A stretch of 54,705 bases of DNA from Actinomycetes bacterium (GTDB taxonomy: Bacteria > Actinomycetota > Thermoleophilia > Gaiellales > Gaiellaceae): NCBI GenBank assembly GCA_031371615.1, contig JANMJY010000063.1:1-54705 (forward strand), in the 5' to 3' direction. The notes beneath the pieces were generated by a model. That model was not told the origin of the DNA. It worked only from the letters and a program-made list of their open reading frames with translations, and searched no databases. The translations under genes were made by a program, and so were the position numbers. Positions 38,948 through 47,096 of the stretch are shown here, piece after piece (position 1 is the stretch's first letter; each line of letters starts with the position of its first letter).

Positions 38948-39669
38948 CCCGCCTCCTTGAGCTCCGCTTTCAGTTCCTGGACGCGTTCGGGCCGCTCGTG
39001 CACGATCGAGGCGACGAGCGCGGCTTCGGCGCCGGCCGCAAACGCTTGTGCCAGGTGACGCGCCTCGCCTGCGCCACCCGAGGCGATCACCGGGACGCCG
39101 ACCGCCTCCGCGATCGCCGCCGTCAGCTCCAGGTCGTAGCCCGTCCTCGTCCCGTCGGAGTCGATCGACGTCACGAGCAGCTCGCCCGCCCCGCGCGCGA
39201 CCGCCTCGCCGGCCCAGGCCACGGCGTCGGCGTCCCTCTCGGTGCGGCCGCCGTGGGTGACGACCCGGCCGCCACGAGCGTCGATCGCACACACCACCGC
39301 CTGCGAGCCGAACTCCGCGGCCAGCTCCGTCAGGAGCGCCGGGTCGTCGAACGCGGCGCGATTGACGGCGACCTTGTCGGCACCGGCGCGGAGCAACGCG
39401 CGGGCGTCCTCGAGGCCCGAGATCCCCCCGCCGACCGTGAACGGGATCGTCAGTCGCTCGGCGGCCCGCTCGACAAGCTCCAGCGTCGGGCTGCGGCCGT
39501 CCACCGTGGCGGTGATGTCGAGGAAGACGAGCTCGTCGGCCCCGACGTCGGAGTAGCGCCGGGCGAGCTCGACCGGATCGCCGACGTCGCGCAGCGTTTC
39601 GAAGCGGACGCCCTTGACGACGCGGCCGCCCGTGACGTCGAGACAGGGGATCAGGCGCTTCTTGACCAT
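38929..39669 (-). CDS. hisF: Imidazole glycerol phosphate synthase cyclase subunit
   Basis: KRLIPCLDV..GRVVKG, GADELVFLDI, FTVGGGI, ASGGAG. Confidence 0.95.
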   Translation of the reverse strand: MVKKRLIPCLDVTGGRVVKGVRFETLRDVGDPVELARRYSDVGADELVFLDITATVDGRSPTLELVERAAERLTIPFTVGGGISGLEDARALLRAGADKVAVNRAAFDDPALLTELAAEFGSQAVVCAIDARGGRVVTHGGRTERDADAVAWAGEAVARGAGELLVTSIDSDGTRTGYDLELTAAIAEAVGVPVIASGGAGEARHLAQAFAAGAEAALVASIVHERPERVQELKAELKEAGWDVRI

Positions 39670-40247
39670 GCCAGGACGTTCTCGAGCAGGCGCGCCCCCG
39701 CCGCGCTGCTTCGCTCCGGATGGAACTGGACGCCGGCGAGCGCGCCGTTTTCGATTGCGGCGACGATCGGGCCGCCGTGATCGACCCGCGCGACGACGAG
39801 CTCCTCGTCATCGGGCTGGACGGCATAGCTGTGGGCGAAGTACACGTCGGCGCCGTCGAGACCGTCGAGGATACGCGAGGGCTGCGTGCACGCGAGCTCG
39901 TTCCAGCCCATGTGCGGCACGGTGGGAGCGTCCACCCTGCGAACCCCGCCGCCGAGCAGCCCCAGCCCTTCGCCGCCCTCCTCGCTCTCCCCGAAGAGGA
40001 GCTGGAGCCCGACGCAGATGCCGAGGACTGGCAGGCCGCTCGACACGCGTTCGCGCAGCACGCCGGCGAGCGGCTCCAGCCCTGCGGCGGCGCTCGCCAG
40101 GTGGCCGACGCCTGCGACGACAGCGAGTGGCGCCGCGGCGACCTCCGCCGGATCCTTCGTCACGATCGGCTCCGCGCCCGCGCGAGTGAACGCCGAGCAG
40201 ACGCTGCGCAGGTTGCCGGCGCCGTAGTCGGCGAGCACGACCCTCAC
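39651..40247 (-). CDS. hisH: Imidazole glycerol phosphate synthase glutamine amidotransferase subunit
   Basis: From GTG 40247 (GTGA overlap with hisB): VRVVLADYGAGNLRSV, GICVGLQLL (Cys nucleophile), GVQFHPERS. Confidence 0.9.
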   Translation of the reverse strand: MRVVLADYGAGNLRSVCSAFTRAGAEPIVTKDPAEVAAAPLAVVAGVGHLASAAAGLEPLAGVLRERVSSGLPVLGICVGLQLLFGESEEGGEGLGLLGGGVRRVDAPTVPHMGWNELACTQPSRILDGLDGADVYFAHSYAVQPDDEELVVARVDHGGPIVAAIENGALAGVQFHPERSSAAGARLLENVLAWSRSA

Positions 40248-41812
40248 GCCAGTCCCTTCGTCGACTGGACGCCGCCGGCAGCCGGGGCGCACGCCTCGCG
40301 GAGCGCCCGGCCGAGCGCCTTGAACGCCGCTTCGGCGACGTGGTGGTCGTCCGAGCCGGCCGCGGAGACGTGCACCGTGCAGCCGGCCTGCATCGCGAAG
40401 CGCTCGAGCGCGTGCGGAAGCAGCGACAGGGCGAGCCCGCCGACTCGTTCGCCGGTGAAGGCCAGCGAGACCTCCGCGTGCGGACGTCGGACGAGATCGA
40501 CGGTGGCCGTCGCGCTCGCCTCGTCCATCGGCACCGTCGCCGTCCCGTAGCGGGCGATCCCCTGCCGCTCGCCGAGCGCCTCCGCGAGCGCGTCGCCGAG
40601 CGCGGCGAGGACGTCCTCCACGGTGTGATGCTCGTCGACGTCGAGGTCGCCGCCGGCGAGCAGCTCGAGGTCGACGCCGGCGTGGAACGCCCAGAGCGTG
40701 AGCAGGTGGTCGAGGAAGCCGATGCCCGTGGCGCAGCGCACGAGGCCGGCGCCGTCGAGGTCGAGCGACAAGCTCAGCGCCGTTTCGGTGCTCGTCCGGG
40801 TGACGTACGCGGTACGGCCTGGCGACGGGGTGCTTGCCGCCCCGAGCGCAGCGAGGATGACATCGTTCTCCCGCGGCCGCCGCAGCGTGATCCGGATACC
40901 GCCGCTGACCTCACGCACGACGAGCCCCTGCCCCTCGAGCATCGCTCCGAGCGGCTTCTCGGAGCGGAGGAAGACGAAGTTGCCGTGGCTCTCGGGGCAG
41001 TCGTGGCCGGCCGCGACGAGCGCGGCCCGAACGCGCTCTCGCTCGGCGAGCGTGTGGTTGACGTCGACCCGCGGCTCGCGCAGCGCTGCGGCGCCGATCC
41101 GTGCGGCCGGCCCACTCAGGCTCGCCGGCGGCCGCCGCAGCTCGAGCTCGGCCGCCACCTCCGGCGAGGCGACCGCCCAGCCGACGCGTAGCGCCGCGAA
41201 GCCGAACGCCTTCGAGAGCGTCCGCAAGACGATCAGGTTCGGCTGCTCGGCGATCAGCGGCACGCAGGTCGCGCCGGCGTATTCGTAGTAGGCCTCGTCG
41301 ACGACGACCGCCGCGTCGGGGTTGGCGCGCGCGAGCATGGCGATCTCGGCCGGGTCGCGCAACGCCCCGGTCGGGTTGTTCGGGTTGCAGACCCAGATCA
41401 GGTCGGCGTTTTCGACCGAGCCCGTCGTCGACGCTCCCTCGAGCTCGGTCGCGATCCGGTAGAGGCCGTAAGTGGGCTCCTCGATCGCTGCCGCCGAGCC
41501 CGGCCCGAGGAACGTGCGTGCACAGAGCAGGATCAGCTCGTCGGCGCCGGCCCCGACCACCACATGCTCCGACGAGACGCCGCAGTAGCCGGCGGCGGCC
41601 TCGCGCAGCTCCATGTACGTGCCGTCCGGATACTCCTGCAGGCGGGCGAAGCTCTCCGCCAACGGCACCTGGGGGACGCCCGGAGTGGGGGGCGTGTTCT
41701 GGTCGTAGCGGAGGATCTGCTCCGGCCGAAGACCGTGTCGCGCGGCCACCTCCGCCGACGAGGGCGACCAGGCGTAGGCGCGGAAGCCATCTGGCAGCGG
41801 CTGGGCTCTCAT
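40244..41812 (-). CDS. hisC/hisB: Fused histidinol-phosphate aminotransferase (N-terminal) / imidazoleglycerol-phosphate dehydratase (C-terminal)
   Basis: One open frame of 522 codons. HisC part: NPNNPTG, LSKAFG. HisB part: RTSTETALSLSLDLDG, DEHHTVEDV, DDHHVAEAAFKALG. There is no stop and no ATG/GTG/TTG at the junction. ATGA overlap with hisD. Confidence 0.85.
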   Translation of the reverse strand: MRAQPLPDGFRAYAWSPSSAEVAARHGLRPEQILRYDQNTPPTPGVPQVPLAESFARLQEYPDGTYMELREAAAGYCGVSSEHVVVGAGADELILLCARTFLGPGSAAAIEEPTYGLYRIATELEGASTTGSVENADLIWVCNPNNPTGALRDPAEIAMLARANPDAAVVVDEAYYEYAGATCVPLIAEQPNLIVLRTLSKAFGFAALRVGWAVASPEVAAELELRRPPASLSGPAARIGAAALREPRVDVNHTLAERERVRAALVAAGHDCPESHGNFVFLRSEKPLGAMLEGQGLVVREVSGGIRITLRRPRENDVILAALGAASTPSPGRTAYVTRTSTETALSLSLDLDGAGLVRCATGIGFLDHLLTLWAFHAGVDLELLAGGDLDVDEHHTVEDVLAALGDALAEALGERQGIARYGTATVPMDEASATATVDLVRRPHAEVSLAFTGERVGGLALSLLPHALERFAMQAGCTVHVSAAGSDDHHVAEAAFKALGRALREACAPAAGGVQSTKGLA

Positions 41813-42945
41813 GCCAGCTCCAGCGCGGCTGCGTGCAGCGGCAGCCCCTCGAGGCGGGCCAGCGGCAGGCCGATCGCGCGGGCCCGTGAGAGGTCGCCGC
41901 CGCGAACGACCTGGACGGGCTTGAGGAATGTCTCCAGACCGACCCCTCCGGAGCCGCGCGCCAGCCCTCCGGTGGGCAGGATGTGCGTCGCGCCGGCGGC
42001 GTAGTCGCCGACGACGGCGGACGTGCGCACGAAGACCGTGCCCGCGTTCCGGATCCGCGCGACGACCGGCTCCGGATCCTCCACCCAGAGCTCCAGATGC
42101 TCCGGCGCGTAGTCCTCGGAGAGCGCCACCGCCTCGTCGAGCGAGGACACGTCGCGGATCGAGACGTTCCCGGTGCCGGCGACGAGCTCGCGGACCGCGG
42201 CCGAGAGACCGGGATCGACGCTGAGCAGCATCGCTTCGCTGTCCGGGCCGTGCTCGGCCTGCGCCAGCAGGTCGGCGGCGCAGCGGGCTGGATCGGCCGA
42301 GGTGTCTGCGATCAGGACGACCTCGCTCGGCCCCGCGGGCAGGTCGATCCCGACCCGGCTCGAGACGAGCAGCTTCGCCGCGGTCACCCAGCGGTTGCCG
42401 GGGCCGACGATCTTGTCGACCGGCGCGATCGTCTCCGTGCCGTACGCGAGCGCGGCCACGGCCTGGGCGCCGCCGACCGCGTAGACCTCGTCGATGCCGA
42501 GCGCATGGGCCGCGGCCAGCGTCGCCTCGGACACCTTCGGCGTCACGACCGCGATCCGTTCGACGCCGGCTACCTGCGCTGGAACGGCTGCCATGACGAG
42601 CGAGGACGGATAGGCGGCCCGGCCGCCGGGGACGTAGACGCCGACCGAGGAGAGTGGGAGCCAGCGCCGCTCTGCATGGACGCCCGTGACCGCCTCGAGC
42701 GCGACGTCCGGCGGTCGCTGCGGCTGGCAGAAGGCGGCGACCGCGTCCGCCAGCGCTCGTATGGCAGCCAGCTCGTCCGGCTCCAGACGCGCCGTGCGAA
42801 GCCGTTCGGCCTGCACCCGCAGCTCCGGCCGCTCGCCGTCGAGGCGCTCCGTCCAGTCGAGCAGCGCAGCGTCGCCGCGCTCCCTGACGTCCGCCACGAT
42901 CTCGGCGACCCGCGGCAGCACGTCTTCGAGGGCCGCTCCCCTCAC
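41809..42945 (-). CDS. hisD: Histidinol dehydrogenase
   Basis: [29 protein letters not shown] overlap with hisG. Confidence 0.9.
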   Translation of the reverse strand: MRGAALEDVLPRVAEIVADVRERGDAALLDWTERLDGERPELRVQAERLRTARLEPDELAAIRALADAVAAFCQPQRPPDVALEAVTGVHAERRWLPLSSVGVYVPGGRAAYPSSLVMAAVPAQVAGVERIAVVTPKVSEATLAAAHALGIDEVYAVGGAQAVAALAYGTETIAPVDKIVGPGNRWVTAAKLLVSSRVGIDLPAGPSEVVLIADTSADPARCAADLLAQAEHGPDSEAMLLSVDPGLSAAVRELVAGTGNVSIRDVSSLDEAVALSEDYAPEHLELWVEDPEPVVARIRNAGTVFVRTSAVVGDYAAGATHILPTGGLARGSGGVGLETFLKPVQVVRGGDLSRARAIGLPLARLEGLPLHAAALELA

Positions 42946-43832
42946 GCGACGAGCCGCTCCACCCGCAGCACGAGGATCGACGAGGCACCCGCGGCCTTGA
43001 GCGGAGCCAGCAGGTTCCAGATGTCGTCGGCGTCGACCGCGGCGTGCACCGCGATCTGGCCCGGCTCGGCCAGGTCGATCACCGACGGCGCACCGAGGCC
43101 GGGGAGCAGGTTCCGGATCGCCTCCAACGCCGAGCTCGGCGCGTTCAGCATCAGATAGCGCCGGCGTCGCGCCGCGACGACGCCGGAGACCATGAGCACG
43201 ACACGGTCGACGAGCTCGCGCCGCTCGTCGAGTGCGGCTTCGCTCGCGATCAGCACCGCCTGGGACTCCAGCAGGCTGCCCAGCAGCCGCAGACCGTTCG
43301 CGCTCGCAGTCGATCCGGTCGAGACGAGATCGACGATCGCGTCGGAGAGGCCGAGCCGCGGCGCGGCCTCGACCGATCCGGACACCGGCACGAGCTCGGC
43401 CGTCACGCCGAGCTCCGCCAGGCGGGCTTTCGTCGAGGCCGGGTAGGCGGTCGCGATGCGGAGTCCGTCGAGGTCGCTCAGCCCCGTCTGCGGCGCGTCC
43501 TCCGGCACCGCCGCCTGCAGCGTGCAGCGGGCGAACCCGAGCTCGGCCAGCGTGACGACGTCGACCTCGGCCTCGGCGACGAGGTTGGCGCCGGTGATCC
43601 CCAGGTCGACCACGCCGTCCTGGACGTACTCGGGGACGTCATGCGCTCGGACGAGCAGCAGGTCGACGGGTGCGTTCGAGCACGGGACGAGCAACGCCCG
43701 GTCGGTCGCCTCGAAGCTGAGGCCGGCGTCGGCGCAGAGCCGCAACGCCGGCTCCGCCATCCGTCCCTTGGAGGGCACGGCGAGAGTGAGCCGGCCGTTC
43801 GTACCGGCGCGGACGAACCCGTTCCCGGCCAT
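42942..43832 (-). CDS. hisG: ATP phosphoribosyltransferase (long form)
   Basis: LTLAVPSKGRM, DVPEYVQDGVVDLGITG, DLVSTGST, plus a C-terminal regulatory domain. 296 aa. Confidence 0.9.
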   Translation of the reverse strand: MAGNGFVRAGTNGRLTLAVPSKGRMAEPALRLCADAGLSFEATDRALLVPCSNAPVDLLLVRAHDVPEYVQDGVVDLGITGANLVAEAEVDVVTLAELGFARCTLQAAVPEDAPQTGLSDLDGLRIATAYPASTKARLAELGVTAELVPVSGSVEAAPRLGLSDAIVDLVSTGSTASANGLRLLGSLLESQAVLIASEAALDERRELVDRVVLMVSGVVAARRRRYLMLNAPSSALEAIRNLLPGLGAPSVIDLAEPGQIAVHAAVDADDIWNLLAPLKAAGASSILVLRVERLVA

Positions 43833-44150
43833 CTAACGGCGCTTTCGCTTCGGCGAGGTTCGGTCGAGCGCGAGCCGGTAACCACCGGTTCCGTGCCTGA
43901 GCCACTGGGCCACTCGGGTCACCGTGGCGGTGCTCGTCGGAACGCGCTCGGCGATCTCGACGTACGGAACGTGCTGCTCGAGCAGCTTCGCGGTCTGCCA
44001 CCGGTGCGTGAGCGCCTCCAGCTCCGGAAGCGTGCAGAGATCGCGCAGGAACCGGCGGGCCTCGTCGCGTGTGCGCACGGTCAGAACGGCGTCGGCAAGG
44101 TCGTCCAGGCCGGGGATCTGCTCCACGTCGCGGTTGAGGTCGACTGTCAT
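43833..44150 (-). CDS. TrpR-related YerC/YecD-family DNA-binding protein
   Basis: 105 aa. FLRDLCTLPELEALTHRWQTAKLL...YVEIAERVPTSTATVTRV matches the YerC/YecD (TrpR-fold) pattern. The stop abuts the hisG start. Confidence 0.8.
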   Translation of the reverse strand: MTVDLNRDVEQIPGLDDLADAVLTVRTRDEARRFLRDLCTLPELEALTHRWQTAKLLEQHVPYVEIAERVPTSTATVTRVAQWLRHGTGGYRLALDRTSPKRKRR

Positions 44151-44158
44151 GCCCTCAT

Positions 44159-44172
44159 GCTAGCATGCTAGC
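44159..44172. promoter_or_regulatory. Perfect 14-bp palindrome GCTAGCATGCTAGC (candidate operator) overlapping two back-to-back TAGCAT -10 boxes
   Basis: Read directly from the sequence. The whole divergent spacer (44151-44172) is 22 bp. TAGCAT lies 6 nt before each start codon. Confidence 0.6.
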
Positions 44173-44892
44173 GTGTTAGCGCGCGAGGACTTTACGATCT
44201 ACCCAGCGATCGACGTGCTCGAGGGCCGGGTCGTGCGCCTCTCGGAGGGCCGCCGCGAGGCAGTGACCGTCGAGGGAGGCGACCCTCTCGCCGCGGCGGA
44301 GCGCTTCGCCGCCGAGGGCGCCTCCTGGCTTCACCTCGTCGACCTCGACGGCGCCTTCTCCGGCGATCCGAACCCCGAGCTCGTGTCGCGCATCGCAGCG
44401 GTGGGCCCGCCGGTTCAGGTCGGCGGCGGCTACCGCAGCCTCGACTCGATCGACGCCGCTCTGGCGTCCGGGGCGGCGCGCGTGCTCGTCGGCACCGCTG
44501 CGCTGGACGTCGACTTCCTCTCCGCTGCGACCGCCCGGTTCGGCGAAGGCATCGCAGTGGCGATCGATGCTCGCGACGGCTCGGTGACCGTGCACGGCTG
44601 GACGCGCCCAGCGCCGCTCACGCCTGGGGAGCTCGCGCGCAGTTGCGCCGACGCCGGAGTCCGGAGAGTGCTGGTGACGAGCGCCCAACGGGACGGAACG
44701 CTCTCCGGCCCGGACGTGCCGCTCCTCGAGAGCGTCCTCGAGGCCGGCCTGCCGGTGATCGCTGCGGGCGGGATCGCGACGCTCGACGACCTCAGCGCGC
44801 TTCGCGAGCTCGGCTGCGAGGGCGCCGTCACCGGAAGCGCGATCTGGCTCGGTCGTTTTTCGCTTGGCGAAGCGCTTTATCACGTAAAGTGA
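44173..44892 (+). CDS. hisA: ProFAR isomerase (HisA; PriA-type bifunctionality cannot be judged)
   Basis: IYPAIDVLEGRVVRL, LHLVDLDGA, VQVGGGYRS, IAAGGIA. Confidence 0.9.
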   Translation: MLAREDFTIYPAIDVLEGRVVRLSEGRREAVTVEGGDPLAAAERFAAEGASWLHLVDLDGAFSGDPNPELVSRIAAVGPPVQVGGGYRSLDSIDAALASGAARVLVGTAALDVDFLSAATARFGEGIAVAIDARDGSVTVHGWTRPAPLTPGELARSCADAGVRRVLVTSAQRDGTLSGPDVPLLESVLEAGLPVIAAGGIATLDDLSALRELGCEGAVTGSAIWLGRFSLGEALYHVK

Positions 44893-44899
44893 CGGACCG

Positions 44900-45169
44900 A
44901 TGACGCCTGTCCGGATCCCGCCGATGCTCCGCGACCACGTCGAAGGGCAGCGAGAGCTCGTCGGCGAAGGCGATACGGTCAGGCAGGTGCTCGAGGACGT
45001 GATCGGGCGGTACCCCTCGTTGCGTGCCCATCTGTTCGAGCACGGCGAGCTGACGCCGTTCGTCAACGTCTACGTCGGCCGCGACGACGTGCGCACGCTG
45101 GACGGGTTGGACACACCGGTGAGCGGCAGCACGTTAATCCTGCTGCCGGCGATGGCGGGCGGGGTCTAG
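44900..45169 (+). CDS. MoaD/ThiS-family sulfur-carrier protein (C-terminus ...AMAGG-V)
   Basis: 89 aa beta-grasp pattern (FVNVYVGRDDVRTLDGLDTPVSGSTLILLPAMAGGV), with Gly-Gly followed by one extra residue. Confidence 0.75.
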   Translation: MTPVRIPPMLRDHVEGQRELVGEGDTVRQVLEDVIGRYPSLRAHLFEHGELTPFVNVYVGRDDVRTLDGLDTPVSGSTLILLPAMAGGV

Positions 45170-45214
45170 CTCCACGATTCTTGCGGAAGCCGCAGCGGGC
45201 GACTACGCTTTCTC

Positions 45215-45277
45215 CATCGTGAGCGCGCACAAGCTCCCAGAGATTTGCGAGGGCCTTGTCATCGTGCGCGCACAGCT
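45215..45277. repeat. Imperfect direct repeat CATCGTG(A)GCGCGCAC(A)AGCT x2; second copy contains the palindrome GTGCGCGCAC
   Basis: Copies at 45215-45235 and 45260-45277 differ only by two single-A insertions. Located in the 178-nt spacer upstream of the ThrC-like gene. Confidence 0.45.
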
Positions 45278-45347
45278 GCGCTAGCCGGCCTTCCACACCC
45301 GCCCCGCCGACTAGCACGAATCGCAGAGGCGGGTTGGTGAGCGGCAC

Positions 45348-46532
45348 ATGAACAGTGCCATGCTCAGCTGCCGGATCTGCGAGGCGACCCAGCCGTTGGC
45401 GCCGGTGTCGAGCTGCCCTGCGTGCTCGGGCCCACTCGACGTCCGCTACGTGCGGGACGGGAGCCTCGGCCTGTTCGACGACACCAAGTCGTTCCTGAAC
45501 TACGGAGCACTGCTGCCGCACCGCGAGACCGCGATGCCGAGCCGAACGCCGCTCGTGCCGGCGCCGAGGATCTCGGCCGCGCTCGACATCGACGTCCACC
45601 TCAAGCTGGAGTCCGCCAATCCGACGCACTCCTTCAAGGACCGAATGGCCGCGAGCGCCGTCGCTGCGGCCCAGGGGTTTGGCATCGAGACGCTCTTCTG
45701 CGCGTCGACCGGAAACCTCGGAGCTGCCGTCGCGGCGGGCTGCGCCGCGGCTGGGCTCGAAGGCGTGATTCTCAGCCCGGCCGACGACGACGAGCCGATG
45801 CTTCCTTCCGCGACGTACGGCGCAACCGTCTTCACGGTGCGGGGGACGTTCGAGGACTGTCGCCGCCTGGAGCGGGAGCTCGAGCATCTGTTCCCCTGGG
45901 GCTTCCTCGAAGGGAACCTGCAGCCGTTCGCGGTCGAGGGGATCAAGACGATCGCGTACGAGATCGTGGAGCAGCTCAACTGGGAGACGCCCGACGCGGT
46001 GGTCGGCCCGATCGCGTCCGGCGCGCTCTTCGCGAAGCTCGCGCAGGGCTTCATCGAGCTCGAGGAGCTCGGGCTCGTGGTCGACAAGCCGCCGCGGATG
46101 TACGGCGCCCAGCCGGGAGGCTGCCCACCGGTCGCTGCCGCCTGGGCCGACGAGCGGCCTCCGTCCCGGGTGACGCCCGACACGATCGCGCGTTCACTGG
46201 CTGTCGGCGATCCGAGCTACGGCGAGCTCGCGATCGGCGCCGCCCGCATGTCCGGCGGCTCGATCGGCACAGTCGCGGAGGAGCTGATCGAGTCGAACAC
46301 CGAGCTCCTGGCCGAGAACTCGGGAGTTCTCGCCGATTCAGCCGGCGGCGTTGCCTTCGGCGCGCTCGTCGAGCTCGTGCGCACCGGGGTGATCGCTTCC
46401 GGCGAGCGCGTGGTGCTGGTCGTCACGGGCAGCGGCATGAAGCCGCGAAGCGCCGACTCGAGCCATCCCGCCCGGCAGATCGAAGCCGACGCCGACGACT
46501 TCCTGGCCGCCCTCGGCGTCGGCCGCGACTAG
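45348..46532 (+). CDS. Threonine-synthase-family PLP enzyme with N-terminal zinc ribbon (candidate sulfur-carrier-dependent homocysteine/cysteine-type synthase)
   Basis: CRIC...CPAC ribbon, PLP-Lys motif NPTHSFKDR, CASTGNLGAA, 394 aa. Adjacent to the MoaD-like gene. Confidence 0.8.
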   Translation: MNSAMLSCRICEATQPLAPVSSCPACSGPLDVRYVRDGSLGLFDDTKSFLNYGALLPHRETAMPSRTPLVPAPRISAALDIDVHLKLESANPTHSFKDRMAASAVAAAQGFGIETLFCASTGNLGAAVAAGCAAAGLEGVILSPADDDEPMLPSATYGATVFTVRGTFEDCRRLERELEHLFPWGFLEGNLQPFAVEGIKTIAYEIVEQLNWETPDAVVGPIASGALFAKLAQGFIELEELGLVVDKPPRMYGAQPGGCPPVAAAWADERPPSRVTPDTIARSLAVGDPSYGELAIGAARMSGGSIGTVAEELIESNTELLAENSGVLADSAGGVAFGALVELVRTGVIASGERVVLVVTGSGMKPRSADSSHPARQIEADADDFLAALGVGRD

Positions 46533-46918
46533 CGAGTTCTGGAAGAACGGGCTGCGCCGCGCGCGGCACCCGGAACGAGCCAGTTGGTGCCGAACTTCCG
46601 CATCTCCCGGATGATCGGCAGCAGTGCGCGCCCCTTCTCGGTCAGCTGGTACTCGACCCGCGGGGGAGACTCGGGATAGCTGTGCCTCGCGACGACCCCG
46701 GCCTGCTCGAGCGTCCGCAGACGATCTGCCAGCGTGCGCGTGCTCATCCCCTCGCAGACGCGTTCGAGCTCCCGGAAACGGCGAGTGCCGCCGCCGAGCT
46801 CGTGAATGAGCAGTGGCGTCCATTTCGCAGCGACGATCTCGCCGGTGGACGAGACCGCGCTGCGCGCAAGGTCGACGTCCTCGAGCTGCTGAGTCTTCAT
46901 CCCGTCGTTAGCCTCCAT
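46529..46918 (-). CDS. HxlR-family transcriptional regulator
   Basis: KWTPLLIHELGGGTRRFRELERVCEGMSTRTLADRLRTLEQAGVVARHSYPESPPRVEYQLTEKGRAL. Confidence 0.8.
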   Translation of the reverse strand: MEANDGMKTQQLEDVDLARSAVSSTGEIVAAKWTPLLIHELGGGTRRFRELERVCEGMSTRTLADRLRTLEQAGVVARHSYPESPPRVEYQLTEKGRALLPIIREMRKFGTNWLVPGAARGAARSSRTR

Positions 46919-47061
46919 GTGAGTCGGGCGGGCGGGGATCGCTCGTCCGGGAGCCGCGGTGTAGCTTCGACAGCGACTTTACTCCTCGCCAACGTTACCG
47001 CAAGTCCAGAGCGGCAAACCTCCCCCGACAGGGCGTTCTGAGCTGTACGGGCTACAGCTAC

Positions 47062-47090
47062 TTGACAAGGTAAAGCGGCGTGATCACACT
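47062..47090 (+). promoter_or_regulatory. Candidate sigma-70-type promoter TTGACA-N17-CACACT
   Basis: TTGACA at 47062-47067, a 17-nt spacer, then CACACT at 47085-47090 (A2 and T6 conserved). The predicted TSS at about 47097 coincides with a GTG. Confidence 0.4.
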
Positions 47091-47096
47091 GTGGAC

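Noticed and set aside
38948-39826. Upstream part of ORF 38393..39826 (477 aa)
   Set aside because: It is a shadow frame over hisF. HisIE starts at ATG 38947, behind an AAGGAGG Shine-Dalgarno.
41813-42988. N-terminal extension of ORF 40244..42988 (914 aa)
   Set aside because: It is an Arg/Gly/Ala-rich shadow frame over hisD. The HisC sequence starts at ATG 41812, overlapping the hisD stop.
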